IMG/VR virus record: IMGVR_UViG_3300020045_001434
Coordinates: 1 to 64,000 of that record
Length of the DNA stretch: 64,000 bases
DNA from: a virus
Strand: one strand, 5' to 3'
Shown here: positions 9,739 through 20,507 of the stretch, in pieces
Layout of the letters: each line of letters opens with the position of its first letter
Numbering within the stretch: position 1 is the first letter of the stretch
Position numbers and translations under genes: made by a program
Notes under the pieces: model-generated
What the model was told of the DNA's origin: nothing
Seen by the model: only the letters and a program-made list of their open reading frames with translations
Databases searched by the model: none

Positions 9739-11237
9739 TTAATAATTTTCAATTAGATCCAACAAAAAGTGCTAGACAAGAGAAAGGTATAAATATTTGG
9801 AAAGAACATGGTTATAGAGGTACATTAAATTATATTATGCGATTTGGTAAAACTCGCATTATTGAACTTGTATGTCAAAAAATTAAAATAAATCCTAATC
9901 ATAACGATAAACGAATATTAATATTAGTTCCTACTGAAATAGCTTTAGAAAACGTAAAATATATATGTAATACTTATAATGTAGAATCATATACTTATAA
10001 TGCGTATTTTAATCTTATTCAAGAAGAACCTAATCAAGAATGTTTTGTTTTAATAATTGATGAGATTCATAAGTTTCTTTCTGATAAAGCTATAAATTTA
10101 ATATTAAAAACTAAAGCTAAATTTAAGTTAGGATTAACTGGTTCTAAAATTGATTCTAATGGTAAAAATAATTTAAAACGTATTGGATTTCCTATAATAG
10201 ATATTATTACAGAAGAAGAAGCTATCGAAATGAATTGGATAACTGATTATGATGAATATAATGTTGCTGTAGAAATATCTGATAATCAAAAACAAACATA
10301 TAAATCTTTAAATGATAATATTGATAGTATAGGTATTAATTTTAAATATATATATACTAAAGTAAATACTGCTTTTTGTAGAACTATATTTAAAAATGAT
10401 TATGAAGTTATTCAAAGTTGTTATTCAGGTAAGAAAGTTTTTGATAGTAATTTTAAACTATTAGAATTTATTAGACCTGATGTTATGAGAGAAATTGTTG
10501 CTGCATTAATGGGATATGAACATGGATTTATTATAACTAATAATCATGAACGTACTATTCAGACTTATTGGAATCCTGATAATATAGAAGCTGTTTCTAA
10601 ATCATATATTAAATCTGTTACGGCAAGAAATAATTATATGAAACATAATATCAATAAAGTAAATGCTGTTTTAGCTATGTCTAAAAAGATTAATAGACCT
10701 ACTATAGTATATAATGATAGTATTGAAATGATAGACCAATTATATTCTACTCTTTCAGTACCTAGAGTTAAGTATCATAGTTCTATGGAATCAGTACCTA
10801 TGACTTATGATAATGGTGAATTTATTACTTATCTTAGTGGAGATAAAAAAGGTCAAGTCAAATTATTTGGTAAGACGACCATTAAGAAGCAAGCTATTGA
10901 ACGAATTAAGTCAGGACAAGCATTATATCTAATCACTGGTAAAAGTCTGTCAGAGAGTCTGAATTTGCCTAACATAGAGTTTATTATATGTACGTCAGGG
11001 GACACAAATGCAACCACTTATGACCAAAGAGTTGCTAGAGGTAAGACAATTGATAATAATAATGCTGATAAACGGTGTACTATAATCAATATTTTTATAG
11101 ATGATTTCTATTTAAATGGTGAGTTTATTCGCTCTAGGGATAAAGAAAAGCTTATAAGTAGGCAATCTAATATAAAAAATGTTATTTGGTTAGATAATGT
11201 TGAAGAATTGTTTGGTACTATCAATAATATTTTATAA
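9735..11237 (+). CDS. superfamily 2 (DExH) helicase
   Basis: MRFGKT, ILVPT, IIDEIH, LGLTGS, SESLNLP, QRVARG. Confidence 0.85.
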   Translation: MINNFQLDPTKSARQEKGINIWKEHGYRGTLNYIMRFGKTRIIELVCQKIKINPNHNDKRILILVPTEIALENVKYICNTYNVESYTYNAYFNLIQEEPNQECFVLIIDEIHKFLSDKAINLILKTKAKFKLGLTGSKIDSNGKNNLKRIGFPIIDIITEEEAIEMNWITDYDEYNVAVEISDNQKQTYKSLNDNIDSIGINFKYIYTKVNTAFCRTIFKNDYEVIQSCYSGKKVFDSNFKLLEFIRPDVMREIVAALMGYEHGFIITNNHERTIQTYWNPDNIEAVSKSYIKSVTARNNYMKHNINKVNAVLAMSKKINRPTIVYNDSIEMIDQLYSTLSVPRVKYHSSMESVPMTYDNGEFITYLSGDKKGQVKLFGKTTIKKQAIERIKSGQALYLITGKSLSESLNLPNIEFIICTSGDTNATTYDQRVARGKTIDNNNADKRCTIINIFIDDFYLNGEFIRSRDKEKLISRQSNIKNVIWLDNVEELFGTINNIL

Positions 11238-11242
11238 ATTTG
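11211..11242 (+). promoter_or_regulatory. Bacteroidota sigmaA-type promoter
   Basis: TTTG (11211-11214), a 20-nt spacer, then TAAATTTG (11235-11242), matching TTTG-N19-21-TAnnTTTG. The ATG follows at 11247. Confidence 0.55.
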
Positions 11243-11246
11243 CACT

Positions 11247-12203
11247 ATGATAAACGGAGAGAAAAACACATCAGCTCAAATTTCTAAAGTTACATCTAGT
11301 TATATAGATGTTGCTAAATTTGAAGAACTAGAACTTCTAGTTGCTAAACTCAAAGATTCTACACTGGCAACCCAGTTTAATGAAAAAGTATATGACAAAG
11401 ATGAAGATGGAAATATTATAGAATCTACTGAAAGATTAGTTTTTAATTCTGCTGATATGATAATGTGTCTTGGACTTGGTGCTGAACTTGGTATGAGTCC
11501 TTGGGAAGCATTATCTTATGGTAAATCATTAAATCTTACATCTATTAAGAAGATTCGTAAAGGTGAAAAGATGGGTCTTGATTTTGCTACTTCACTTGAA
11601 CAAATTTATGTTTGGGGTAGTGGTGGTAAAGAAATTATTTATACATCTATTCATGTTGTTAGTACAGTACTAACTAAAATTGGAGTTCTACAAGAAGTTA
11701 TTCAAAATGGTAAAACTCCAATTTACAAATGTGTTGATGCTAATACAGAAAAAGAAATTAATTTTGATGCTTCAAAACATTATCCTATTCCTAGAATAGA
11801 TAATCCTGATGTATTAAAAGAAGTTATTGATGGAGTTCTTGAAAAAAGAATGACACCAGTTTATAAATCTGCTAAACCTGTTTATATTGGTGAAGTTAGA
11901 CTTACAAGATATAACAAAATTTTAAAACAAAATGAAGTTATATCAATTCCTTATTCTTCTCAAGAAGCTATTGATGCTGGATTACTTAAAGGTATTAATT
12001 CTGATGGAGAATCTGTAAAAGGTAAAGATAATTGGAATGCTCATCCATCAGTGCATCTACTTAAAATGTCTAAAATGATTGGTGCTAGAATGATAGCATC
12101 TGATGCACTTCAAGGTATTTATGTAGGAGATGAAATAAATCAAATTAAAAGTACAGCAGATATTGATAATACTATCGAAGATGCTGAAATAATAGAAGAA
12201 TAA
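11247..12203 (+). CDS. RecT/Redbeta-like single-strand annealing protein
   Basis: GAELGMSPWEAL; YSSQEAIDAGLL...KDNWNAHP..L.KM...GAR....DALQGIY resembles the RecT-family C-terminal core. Confidence 0.65.
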   Translation: MINGEKNTSAQISKVTSSYIDVAKFEELELLVAKLKDSTLATQFNEKVYDKDEDGNIIESTERLVFNSADMIMCLGLGAELGMSPWEALSYGKSLNLTSIKKIRKGEKMGLDFATSLEQIYVWGSGGKEIIYTSIHVVSTVLTKIGVLQEVIQNGKTPIYKCVDANTEKEINFDASKHYPIPRIDNPDVLKEVIDGVLEKRMTPVYKSAKPVYIGEVRLTRYNKILKQNEVISIPYSSQEAIDAGLLKGINSDGESVKGKDNWNAHPSVHLLKMSKMIGARMIASDALQGIYVGDEINQIKSTADIDNTIEDAEIIEE

Positions 12204-12265
12204 TAAATTAGTTTAAAATATATTCAAACATTCAATCATTCAAACTTATAAAAAATTAAACATTT

Positions 12266-12937
12266 ATGAAACCATCTCAAGAAGTTGCCCCTAAATCAAA
12301 ATTCTCTTTATCTATGGATGCTACTAGTGATATTGTAGCTGTAAAATCTGGTGAAAGAGTATGTAATGATACACTTCCAACTATTGAAACTGCATCTCAA
12401 ATTAATAAATTTCGTATTAATAAATTAGCATCTGAAGTTCTTGGTGTAACTCCAGGTATGCGTATTAAAATTCTTGTTACTAAATCAACTGCAATGGATG
12501 GTAAATATCTTGTTGTTGTTGCTCCTGATACTGATGGTTCATCTGCAAAAGTTGCTTCTGCTGCTGGTAAAGATGGTTACGGTTCTATGCTATTTAATTA
12601 TGCCGGTATTTGGTCACGTATGACTCAAGCTACTGTAGATGCTCTTGAACTTGGTGGAGAAGCTTTTGTTGAACAAGGTGTTGCAGTTAGTCGTTCTAAT
12701 ACTTATTATATCGACCATAAAACTATTTATGAAGTAGTTGAAGTTGATAACTATAACGAAGCTAATCCTTTAGTAGTTAATGCTGCTACTGGTGAATCTT
12801 ATTCTAAAGTATTTGCTTTGGTAAATGCTAAAAAAGAAGATGTTGATATTACTAAAGAAGCTGCTCCTCGTAAAGCTAAAGTAACTGAAACTCCTACAGA
12901 CGGAAACGACCAAGACGGAAACGACCAAGAAGCATAA
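12266..12937 (+). CDS. conserved replication-module protein (possibly ssDNA-binding), acidic C-tail
   Basis: Strongly biased codon use; located between the SSAP and SSB-like genes; tail DGNDQDGNDQEA. Confidence 0.5.
   Translation: MKPSQEVAPKSKFSLSMDATSDIVAVKSGERVCNDTLPTIETASQINKFRINKLASEVLGVTPGMRIKILVTKSTAMDGKYLVVVAPDTDGSSAKVASAAGKDGYGSMLFNYAGIWSRMTQATVDALELGGEAFVEQGVAVSRSNTYYIDHKTIYEVVEVDNYNEANPLVVNAATGESYSKVFALVNAKKEDVDITKEAAPRKAKVTETPTDGNDQDGNDQEA
12899..12928 (+). repeat. 15-bp perfect tandem duplication
   Basis: GACGGAAACGACCAA x2, encoding DGNDQ x2. Confidence 0.9.
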
Positions 12938-12985
12938 TATTAAAATATTGCTATAAAGTTTAGTATAAATTCATTCAATCATTAT

Positions 12986-13013
12986 AGGGAATTATTAGCG
13001 ATAATAGTTCCCT
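12986..13013 (+). terminator. GNRA-capped hairpin (terminator or processing site)
   Basis: AGGGAATTATTA-GCGA-TAATAGTTCCCT followed by TATTTT. Confidence 0.55.
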
Positions 13014-13039
13014 TATTTTATCTAAAATAATTAATTAAA

Positions 13040-13870
13040 ATGGCTGATTTAAATAAAATTGCATTTGGACAAGTTGAAACTGTTGTAGAATCTAGACTTA
13101 ATTTTAAACCTGATTTAGCTATTGCAGATGGTATCTGTATGGCAAATATTGTAAGTGTTGAACTTGTAGAACATGATGTACCTAAAGCTAATGCTGATGG
13201 TGTTCCTTCTACTTGGGAATTTGCTGGATTGAAAACATATAGTTTAGACATAACCTATAAGCAAATTAATCCTAATGCCAAAGATGCTTCTGAAAGATTC
13301 TTAGTACAAAAGGAAAGTATTGTTTCCGCTAAAATGTCTAATGGAGATTCATTAGAAGTAAAGACTTGGAATAGTCTTATTATGAATACTTTTAATCGTT
13401 TACAACATGTTGTAAATGCTCTTGATAAAGGTGGTATTTTACCTAAATCTAAGAATATTGGTGATGTAAATATTTCATTTGATGATTCTGCTGAAATGCG
13501 TATTAGTAAAATGAAGAAAGTATTTGAACACTTTTATCTTCAATTAACTGGTAATCCTGCATTTCCTAAAGCTGATTACGTTCCAGTTAAACCTCGTTAT
13601 GAAGGAGTTGATTTATGGCTTAAAGTTATTGCTGATGTAAAAACTAATAAGTTCTATAAAGTTCCTGATTATGTTCAAAAAGGTTTTGTTGAAGTAATGA
13701 AAGCTGGTGCAGCTTCTATTCTTGAATTAGCTCCTAATGATAGTATCGTTCTTGTAAAAGGAAAAGCTGATACTAAAACTAAAGATGCTAATTATAAAGA
13801 CGTTGATGCTGAGCCTGCTACTACAGCTCCAAAATCTGCTGCTGAAATTCTTGCAGGTTTGAGAAAATAA
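13040..13870 (+). CDS. putative single-stranded DNA-binding protein (crAss-like)
   Basis: Position upstream of primase, OB-like beta-rich N-terminus, low-complexity C-tail, high-expression codons. Confidence 0.45.
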   Translation: MADLNKIAFGQVETVVESRLNFKPDLAIADGICMANIVSVELVEHDVPKANADGVPSTWEFAGLKTYSLDITYKQINPNAKDASERFLVQKESIVSAKMSNGDSLEVKTWNSLIMNTFNRLQHVVNALDKGGILPKSKNIGDVNISFDDSAEMRISKMKKVFEHFYLQLTGNPAFPKADYVPVKPRYEGVDLWLKVIADVKTNKFYKVPDYVQKGFVEVMKAGAASILELAPNDSIVLVKGKADTKTKDANYKDVDAEPATTAPKSAAEILAGLRK

Positions 13871-13891
13871 ATAATATAGTTTTATATATAG

Positions 13892-13928
13892 AAGTCCTAA
13901 TACCTTAATTGGTGTTAGGACTTTTTTT
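13892..13928 (+). terminator. rho-independent terminator
   Basis: AAGTCCTAATACC-TTAATT-GGTGTTAGGACTT plus T-tract. Confidence 0.85.
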
Positions 13929-13939
13929 ATTAATATAAT

Positions 13940-14995
13940 ATGAATATAACTTTAAAAGATAAAATACTTTCGTTATCTCAAGAAAAGATATATTCTATGT
14001 ATTTCGATATTCCTATACACGATATAACTTGGTCTACTATTCATAATAGTAATAAATTACATAATCCTTTTAGACAAGATAATGATCCTTCATTATCTTT
14101 TAGATGGTTTGGTAATAAACTTATAGTACGAGATTGGGGAGATTCTACTTGGAATGGAGATGTATTTAAAATAGTAGGCTACATATTAAATAATAATTGT
14201 TTTATTAATGATCAATTCGTTTTTATATGTAATGACATTTTGGAAAGATATTATAATGGTAATAAACGTGTAGTATATAATGAAGAATACGATGTTATTC
14301 GCAAAGCAAAAGTAATTACTACTATTGATACTAAAACTAGATTATTACAAAAACGTGATTATAATTTTTATAATCAATTTTGTATAGTAAATAAAACAGT
14401 TGATACATTTGTAAATTCTGTAATGCGATATAGTGTAAATGATGTTCTTACAGGATATAGAAATGCTTATAAAGACCCTTGTTATCAATATACAGTTAAT
14501 CATTATTTTACAAAACTTTATTTTCCTAATAGACACCATAAATCAGTATATCCTAGATTTGTTACAAATAATGTTTTACAGATTGATGATATAACTGATA
14601 TAATTCCTTCACAAGATAAACTAATTGTCAAGTCTATAAAAGATAAAATGTTATGTCTTCAATTATTAGATTCTTTATCTATTCCTCAAACTGATATAGC
14701 TATTCATACAGCTAGTTCTGAAACAGAAACTTTTAAATCTGATATATTAAGTTTGCTTAGAAGTAATACAAAATATAATATATATAGTTTATTTGATTCT
14801 GATAAAACTGGTTTAAAAAGTATGCAAGAATTAGAAAGAACTTGTAATATACAACCTATTATTTTTAGCAATGATGCTAAAGACCCTACAGATTATGCTA
14901 GAGATTTTGGTTATGGTAAAACTATTAATACTTTTAAAAGTGTAATTCTACAAATACATAGTAATAGAACAAACTTTATAAATCCTCTTATATGA
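13940..14995 (+). CDS. DnaG-type DNA primase (crAss-like)
   Basis: NPFRQDNDPS...VRDWG N-terminal domain; TOPRIM LFDSDKTG; KDPTDY. Confidence 0.82.
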   Translation: MNITLKDKILSLSQEKIYSMYFDIPIHDITWSTIHNSNKLHNPFRQDNDPSLSFRWFGNKLIVRDWGDSTWNGDVFKIVGYILNNNCFINDQFVFICNDILERYYNGNKRVVYNEEYDVIRKAKVITTIDTKTRLLQKRDYNFYNQFCIVNKTVDTFVNSVMRYSVNDVLTGYRNAYKDPCYQYTVNHYFTKLYFPNRHHKSVYPRFVTNNVLQIDDITDIIPSQDKLIVKSIKDKMLCLQLLDSLSIPQTDIAIHTASSETETFKSDILSLLRSNTKYNIYSLFDSDKTGLKSMQELERTCNIQPIIFSNDAKDPTDYARDFGYGKTINTFKSVILQIHSNRTNFINPLI

Positions 14996-15417
14996 TATTT
15001 CAACTAACTGATATGGTAGTTACAAAAGAAACTCCCGTAGATAAATATGCTTTTATACCAATTACTAAAGAACAGTATTTAGTATTTGATAATTTTAATT
15101 CTCAGTATCATAATGGTATAATTACTAGTGATACATTTATTGAAAAATTTGGTTATTCTCCATTAGCTTTTGTACTACATGGTGAAACTGCTGGTGCTGA
15201 TTCAGAAATGATTAAACCATATATTGATTGTGTTGATGTAAAAGAAAGTGAAATTCATACACATAGAAAATCTTATAAATGTTTTTGTGGTGCTAAATTT
15301 GGATTAGATTATACTAAACAAGTATTACATGGAACAGCATTTGATGCTTGGAATTGTTTACTTACATTTTGTAATAATCCTAAATATGGTATTATTCTTA
15401 ATCTTAGATATATATGA
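14992..15417 (+). CDS. hypothetical protein
   Basis: 141-aa ORF with ATGA overlaps. Confidence 0.65.
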   Translation: MIFQLTDMVVTKETPVDKYAFIPITKEQYLVFDNFNSQYHNGIITSDTFIEKFGYSPLAFVLHGETAGADSEMIKPYIDCVDVKESEIHTHRKSYKCFCGAKFGLDYTKQVLHGTAFDAWNCLLTFCNNPKYGIILNLRYI

Positions 15418-16685
15418 AAAAACAATTTGAAGATATTAAAAATAAATATAATAAAATATATTTATTTAAACGAGATATTGCTGGTAATGTAATATATTGG
15501 ATGGCTAATGTAAATACTGATTTAGTAGGTATTTTCTTTTATCATGGAAGAATACATTCCGATTTTATCAATGATGTTAATAAATCTAATAGAATTATTG
15601 ACGAAGGTACTAATATAGGAAAATCTAATGAAACTACTCCTTTAGAACAAGCTTACAAAGAACTTGAATCTGAATATAAAGATCATATTAAAAAAGGTTA
15701 TAAAGAATATGCTCCTAATGGATTACAATTACATCTGACTATTACAGATTTACAAAATATTAATTTTATTGAAAGCATTGTAGATAAAACTAATACTGAT
15801 GCTTTAGGTTTTGCTAAACCTATGAAATGTCAAAAATTTGCTTTAGGTAAATATAGATACCCAGTTATAGCTCAACCTAAATATAATGGTGTAAGATGTA
15901 CTGTTTCTAAAGATTTATTTAATAATGATATGTTTAATACATGTCCAGTATTATTACTTTCTAAAGAAGGAGTTAAATATAATGTATTACATTTATATGA
16001 AGCTCTTTATAAAACTTTAGAATATCTTGAATCTATAGGTATTAATAATCCTGTGTTAGATGGTGAGTTATATATTCCTAATATTCCTGTTACAACTATT
16101 AGTGGAGCTTGTAGAAATTCTGATAATCCTTATAACAAACAATTACAATATGTAATTTTTGATTTATCTATTGAAAATTATACTCAAAAGGAAAGATTAA
16201 AATTTGTAGATAGTATTCCTTTTATATATCATTTAAATGATTATAAAACGCCTTTAGTTTATAAAAGTAGATTTAAACTTATCAATAATGATGAAGAATC
16301 TATTGAATACTTAGATGAATGTTTAAAAGCTGGATATGAAGGTTCTGTAAATAGAGAATTAGAACAAGAATATGCTTTTGGTCAACGTCCTATGTTTATG
16401 CGTAAACTAAAGAAATTTAGTGATGCTGAATTTGAAATATTAGATATTATACCTTATGGAGATAGAAGTCAAACTGTAGGTGTTGGATGTAAAATTATTT
16501 GTAAAAATGATACAACGGATGGTACATTTGAAGTTACTCCATTAGGTAATACAGAATTTAGATTACGATTAGTAGATGAAAAAGATTTACTTATTGGTAA
16601 AATGGCTACAGTTAAGTTTTATGAAAGAACTATTACTGACTTACCATTTCATGCTAATGTTATATCTATTAGAGATTATGAATGA
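15414..16685 (+). CDS. ATP-dependent DNA ligase
   Basis: QPKYNGVRC (motif I), LDGELY, IFDL, GYEGSV, KLKK, C-terminal OB fold. Confidence 0.92.
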   Translation: MKKQFEDIKNKYNKIYLFKRDIAGNVIYWMANVNTDLVGIFFYHGRIHSDFINDVNKSNRIIDEGTNIGKSNETTPLEQAYKELESEYKDHIKKGYKEYAPNGLQLHLTITDLQNINFIESIVDKTNTDALGFAKPMKCQKFALGKYRYPVIAQPKYNGVRCTVSKDLFNNDMFNTCPVLLLSKEGVKYNVLHLYEALYKTLEYLESIGINNPVLDGELYIPNIPVTTISGACRNSDNPYNKQLQYVIFDLSIENYTQKERLKFVDSIPFIYHLNDYKTPLVYKSRFKLINNDEESIEYLDECLKAGYEGSVNRELEQEYAFGQRPMFMRKLKKFSDAEFEILDIIPYGDRSQTVGVGCKIICKNDTTDGTFEVTPLGNTEFRLRLVDEKDLLIGKMATVKFYERTITDLPFHANVISIRDYE

Positions 16686-16686
16686 T

Positions 16687-16720
16687 GCAACGAATCTCAT
16701 TAACCCTCGCTCCTACTAGG
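16687..16720 (-). repeat. dispersed 34-bp motif, copy 2
   Basis: Reverse complement reads CCTAGTAGGAGCGAGGGTTAATGAGATTCGTTGC; intergenic. Confidence 0.9.
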
Positions 16721-16749
16721 GAGTAGTAACAATTTAAAATAATTTTATT

Positions 16750-17862
16750 ATGGCACATGAATTAGAATTTAATTCTAGTAGAAATACACATTCATTTTTT
16801 AGTAGAAAAGAAGTTGCTTGGCATGGTTTAGGTCAAGTTATAGAACAAGCTGTTAACCCTGAGGAAGCATTAAAACTTGCTAATCTAGATTATACTGTAG
16901 AACTTAAACCTATTTGGGCTAACTTTATTCCTGATGGATGCATAGCTAGAGGTAATGAACCTTATTTAGAATTGTATGAAAAAGATACTAATACCTTTAG
17001 AGGAGAATTACAAAAACGTGGAGTATTAATTCCTACACATAAATCTGTATGTCGTATGGATAATTATCAATCTATTGGTGTTGTAGGTAATAAATATACT
17101 CCTGTTCAAAATATAGAATCATTAAATTTTATATATAATCTTTTAAAACTAAATCCTAATATTAAAGAGCGTAATGATATTATTATCGAAACTGCTGGAG
17201 TATTAGGTATTGGTGAAAGAATATTTGTTACTGCAAAATTACCTAAAGGATTTACTGTAGGTGAAGAAAAAGAAGGTACAGAATTATATATTGTATTTAC
17301 TAATTCTCATGATGGTAAATCATCATTAACGGCATTAATTACTCCAGTTAGAGTTGTATGTAATAATACTTTAAGTGCTGCATTAGGTAATAATAAATCT
17401 AAAGTATCTTTTATGCACACTGCTAATATTCATAATTCTATGAGGGAAGGTGCTAGTCTTTTAAACTTAGCATATACTAATTTTGAAAATAATCAAGAAC
17501 TATATAATGCTTTAAGTCATATTAAAGTTGATGTAAATATGATTGATGAACTTATTTGTAGAGCTATGCTTAATGATAATCAATTATTACAAGTATCTAA
17601 AGTTGGTTTAAGCAACACATCTATAGATATTATATCTACTCGTACTCGTAATGTTATGTTAGATATGAGAGAATATATTGATATGGGTTGTGGTCAAGAA
17701 ACTAATAGAGGTACAGCTTATTGGGCTTATATGGGCATTAATAGTTATATTAATAATGGTACTACATTTAAAGATTCAAATAATAAATTTGATAATCTTT
17801 TAGGAGGTACTGCATCTAAATTAGATAGTAAAGTATTAGAAACTGTAAAACAATTATTATGA
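16750..17862 (+). CDS. DUF932 family (phage/plasmid-like) protein
   Basis: AWHGLG, YTPVQN, ETAGVL..GERIF, NSHDG, TPVRVVCNNTL. Confidence 0.88.
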   Translation: MAHELEFNSSRNTHSFFSRKEVAWHGLGQVIEQAVNPEEALKLANLDYTVELKPIWANFIPDGCIARGNEPYLELYEKDTNTFRGELQKRGVLIPTHKSVCRMDNYQSIGVVGNKYTPVQNIESLNFIYNLLKLNPNIKERNDIIIETAGVLGIGERIFVTAKLPKGFTVGEEKEGTELYIVFTNSHDGKSSLTALITPVRVVCNNTLSAALGNNKSKVSFMHTANIHNSMREGASLLNLAYTNFENNQELYNALSHIKVDVNMIDELICRAMLNDNQLLQVSKVGLSNTSIDIISTRTRNVMLDMREYIDMGCGQETNRGTAYWAYMGINSYINNGTTFKDSNNKFDNLLGGTASKLDSKVLETVKQLL

Positions 17863-18176
17863 TTAAAGTTAATCCTAAAAATAAACCTAAGTATAATGTT
17901 GATAGACGTGAGCTAATTAAACATAATATTGTAGATTTAGAAATTAAAGCTAAAGACCTTTTAATAAACATAGTTCGTAGATATACTACTCCAGTTAATG
18001 CTAATTTATTTATATTTCAAAAGAAAACTTTAAATGAAGTTGGTATATGTAATGGAGTAAGTATTTTAATTGATAAAGATTTAAAACAATTACATCCTGA
18101 ACTATGTATATTATCTAGTGACACAATTGATAAATTTATTAGTGATATTAATCGTGATTTTAAATTTGTAAAATGA
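17859..18176 (+). CDS. hypothetical protein
   Basis: Overlapping-stop operon ORF. Confidence 0.6.
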   Translation: MIKVNPKNKPKYNVDRRELIKHNIVDLEIKAKDLLINIVRRYTTPVNANLFIFQKKTLNEVGICNGVSILIDKDLKQLHPELCILSSDTIDKFISDINRDFKFVK

Positions 18177-18373
18177 ACGGAGTATTTGTTATTAATAATA
18201 CTAGATGGAATACTAAAGTATTTTATACTATAGATGAAACTAATAAGTTTCTTTTAGATAATCCTGATTATAGTCTTTTAGATGCTAATGATGAACTTAA
18301 AGTTTATCATTGTGCTTTAAAAGATGATGATGGTGAAGTTCATGACCCTAAATTAAATAAATATATAAAATGA
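18173..18373 (+). CDS. hypothetical protein
   Basis: Overlapping-stop operon ORF. Confidence 0.6.
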   Translation: MNGVFVINNTRWNTKVFYTIDETNKFLLDNPDYSLLDANDELKVYHCALKDDDGEVHDPKLNKYIK

Positions 18374-19320
18374 AATTAATTAATCAAAGTGCTATTTTAG
18401 TAGTAGAAGAAAATCCTCTAAAATTAGTTGAATTAGCTGGTAGAGTTAGTCATAAATCAGAAGACAGAATAACTGATGATAGTTATAAAAGTTTTCTTAT
18501 TAGTATGCTTAAACTAGGTCATACAGCTACATTAGAATTTGCTAGTGTTTATTTACAATGTCCTAATTTAACGGTAATAACTAGATATTATAATTATGAT
18601 ATATCTAATTTTAAAGAATCTCCTTATATACATATAGAACATAGTAATAGTGATTCTAGAATATATAGTAATTTAAGAGTTATATTAAATAAATTTCCTG
18701 AATTATTTGTAGATATTATCCATAATAGTTTACCTGAATATGTAAAAATATTTACACCATTTCAAGATGACCCATATAAACGTTATTGTTTTAATATAAT
18801 TACTAATCGTGGAGTTAGTCATGAATTAGTTCGTCATAGAGTATTTAGTTTTCTACAAGAATCTACAAGATATTGTAATTATTCTAAAGATAAATTTAGT
18901 AATGAATTAAATGTTATTAATCCTTTTAATAATTTTATTGAAACAAGTAATGATATTGAAACATTATATAGAGAAGAATTAAAAGAAATAGAATCTGTAT
19001 ATAATGATATTACTTATAAAGATAATAAAGGATTTCTTAAAGCTCAAGAAGCTAGAGGTATTCTACCTAATGATTTAAAAACTGAACTTTATATGTCAGG
19101 ATTTCTTAAAGATTGGGTCGGACATAAAATTAAAACTTTTACTATTAATGTATTTAATCAAGTAGTTGAAGTTACTGCTAGAGTAGGATTTGATACTCTT
19201 CGTAATGATAAATCTGCACATCCTCAAGCTAGAGAAATAGCTCAACAAATTAAATTTCAATTAGTAGAAACTATTGGTGAAGATAGTTGGAATATAATTA
19301 AAGAAAATTATTATGAATAA
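18370..19320 (+). CDS. thyX: flavin-dependent thymidylate synthase
   Basis: AGRVSHKS, GHTATLEF, SHELVRHRVFSFLQESTRY (RHRx7S motif), QEARGILPN, AHPQ. Confidence 0.93.
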   Translation: MKLINQSAILVVEENPLKLVELAGRVSHKSEDRITDDSYKSFLISMLKLGHTATLEFASVYLQCPNLTVITRYYNYDISNFKESPYIHIEHSNSDSRIYSNLRVILNKFPELFVDIIHNSLPEYVKIFTPFQDDPYKRYCFNIITNRGVSHELVRHRVFSFLQESTRYCNYSKDKFSNELNVINPFNNFIETSNDIETLYREELKEIESVYNDITYKDNKGFLKAQEARGILPNDLKTELYMSGFLKDWVGHKIKTFTINVFNQVVEVTARVGFDTLRNDKSAHPQAREIAQQIKFQLVETIGEDSWNIIKENYYE

Positions 19321-19323
19321 ATC

Positions 19324-19491
19324 ATGGTAAAATATATAATAACTATAGAAGTAGAAGAAAAAGTTTCTACTTCTATTAAATTCCGTAAATATTTACTTAC
19401 TGTTAAAGAAGAACTTCTAAGATTTAGTTATTGGAGAAATAATAAACTTATTGATATTAAAAGCACTATTAAAATAACAACAGATGAATAA
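19324..19491 (+). CDS. small hypothetical protein (55 aa; not in the ORF track)
   Basis: MVKYIITIEVEEKVSTSIKFRKYLL...; fills the gap exactly. Confidence 0.5.
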   Translation: MVKYIITIEVEEKVSTSIKFRKYLLTVKEELLRFSYWRNNKLIDIKSTIKITTDE

Positions 19492-20014
19492 ACCCCTTAG
19501 TGAAATTCAAGCTGAATTAAAAGTTTGGACATTATATAATTTTGGTCAACAAGAATCTATTATACCTATTATGGGTATGATAGAAGAACTTGGTGAACTT
19601 ACTCATGCTCATTTAAAAGAACTTCAAGGTATTCGTAAAAGTGATTTCTTAGCTGATAAGAAAGATGCTATTGCAGATATAACTATTTATCTTTTAAATT
19701 ATTTTAATTGTATTGATAAAGATGTTTCTTTAATTGGTAGTAATGAACATTTAGATAGTTATATATATCATAATGATTCTACTAATATGATAATACTTAA
19801 ATTATCTTATAATATAAGTAATATAGGACATTATACATTTAGTGCTGAAAATATTATTAATTTAGCTATAAGCAAATGTTCTAAAACTTTATATTTATTA
19901 TCTTATTATGCTCTATTATATAATTTTGATTTACTTACTATTGTAAATGAAACTTGGGAAAATGTAAAACTTAGAGATTGGAAAAAATATCCTTTAAATG
20001 GAATATCTGAATGA
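19484..20014 (+). CDS. MazG-like nucleotide pyrophosphohydrolase
   Basis: EELGEL and DAIADITIYL all-alpha NTP-PPase motifs; C-terminal W..V..RDW. Confidence 0.82.
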   Translation: MNKPLSEIQAELKVWTLYNFGQQESIIPIMGMIEELGELTHAHLKELQGIRKSDFLADKKDAIADITIYLLNYFNCIDKDVSLIGSNEHLDSYIYHNDSTNMIILKLSYNISNIGHYTFSAENIINLAISKCSKTLYLLSYYALLYNFDLLTIVNETWENVKLRDWKKYPLNGISE

Positions 20015-20185
20015 AAACATATATTATAAATTAATTATTTTATGAATTTTATTATAACAGCAATTAAAATACTAGTACATAATATTACTCATAAAAATAG
20101 AGGTAATATATCTATATCTAAAAAAATATCTGAAACAGATGTTATATATACTATAACTATTAAACGTAAATAATATGAAGTAACT

Positions 20186-20479
20186 ATGAAAAGACTACGT
20201 AACCTAGTAGTTGAAATATTGAAGATGATAGATAATGGTGAATTTGAAGATGTAACTAATGAAGAATTAGAACTTATATCTATTATAATTCATCGTCCTA
20301 TTACTATGGGTCGTGAAGATGCCGCTAAATTTATGGGTGTGTCATTGTGTCGATTCCATGAGCTAAAAGACATGGGTATTATAGCCGAACCACGCAAGCG
20401 TAAGGGCTTTAAAGAAAAGGAGTACTATTTATCTGACTTACAAAAAGCCTTGATTACAAAGGCTGAGAGAGGGCTATAA
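20186..20479 (+). CDS. winged-HTH (excisionase/MerR-like) DNA-binding protein
   Basis: MGREDAAKFMGVSLCRFHELKDMGII.EPRKRKGFKEKEYYLSDL. Confidence 0.75.
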   Translation: MKRLRNLVVEILKMIDNGEFEDVTNEELELISIIIHRPITMGREDAAKFMGVSLCRFHELKDMGIIAEPRKRKGFKEKEYYLSDLQKALITKAERGL

Positions 20480-20507
20480 ATTCATTAGTATTCCGGCACG
20501 ATAATTT

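Noticed and set aside
9910-9936. AACGAATATT...TTCCTACT as an eighth motif copy
   Set aside because: Spacing is 3 nt short and the CCCTCG core is missing.
7432-19320. Inteins, self-splicing introns or homing endonucleases in replication genes
   Set aside because: PolB, helicases, primase, ligase and ThyX are contiguous and of ordinary length. I saw no LAGLIDADG, HNH or intein motifs.
20042-20173. 43-aa ORF MNFIITAIKILVHN... upstream of the wHTH gene
   Set aside because: Could be real, but it is short, extremely AT-rich and motif-free, so support is insufficient.
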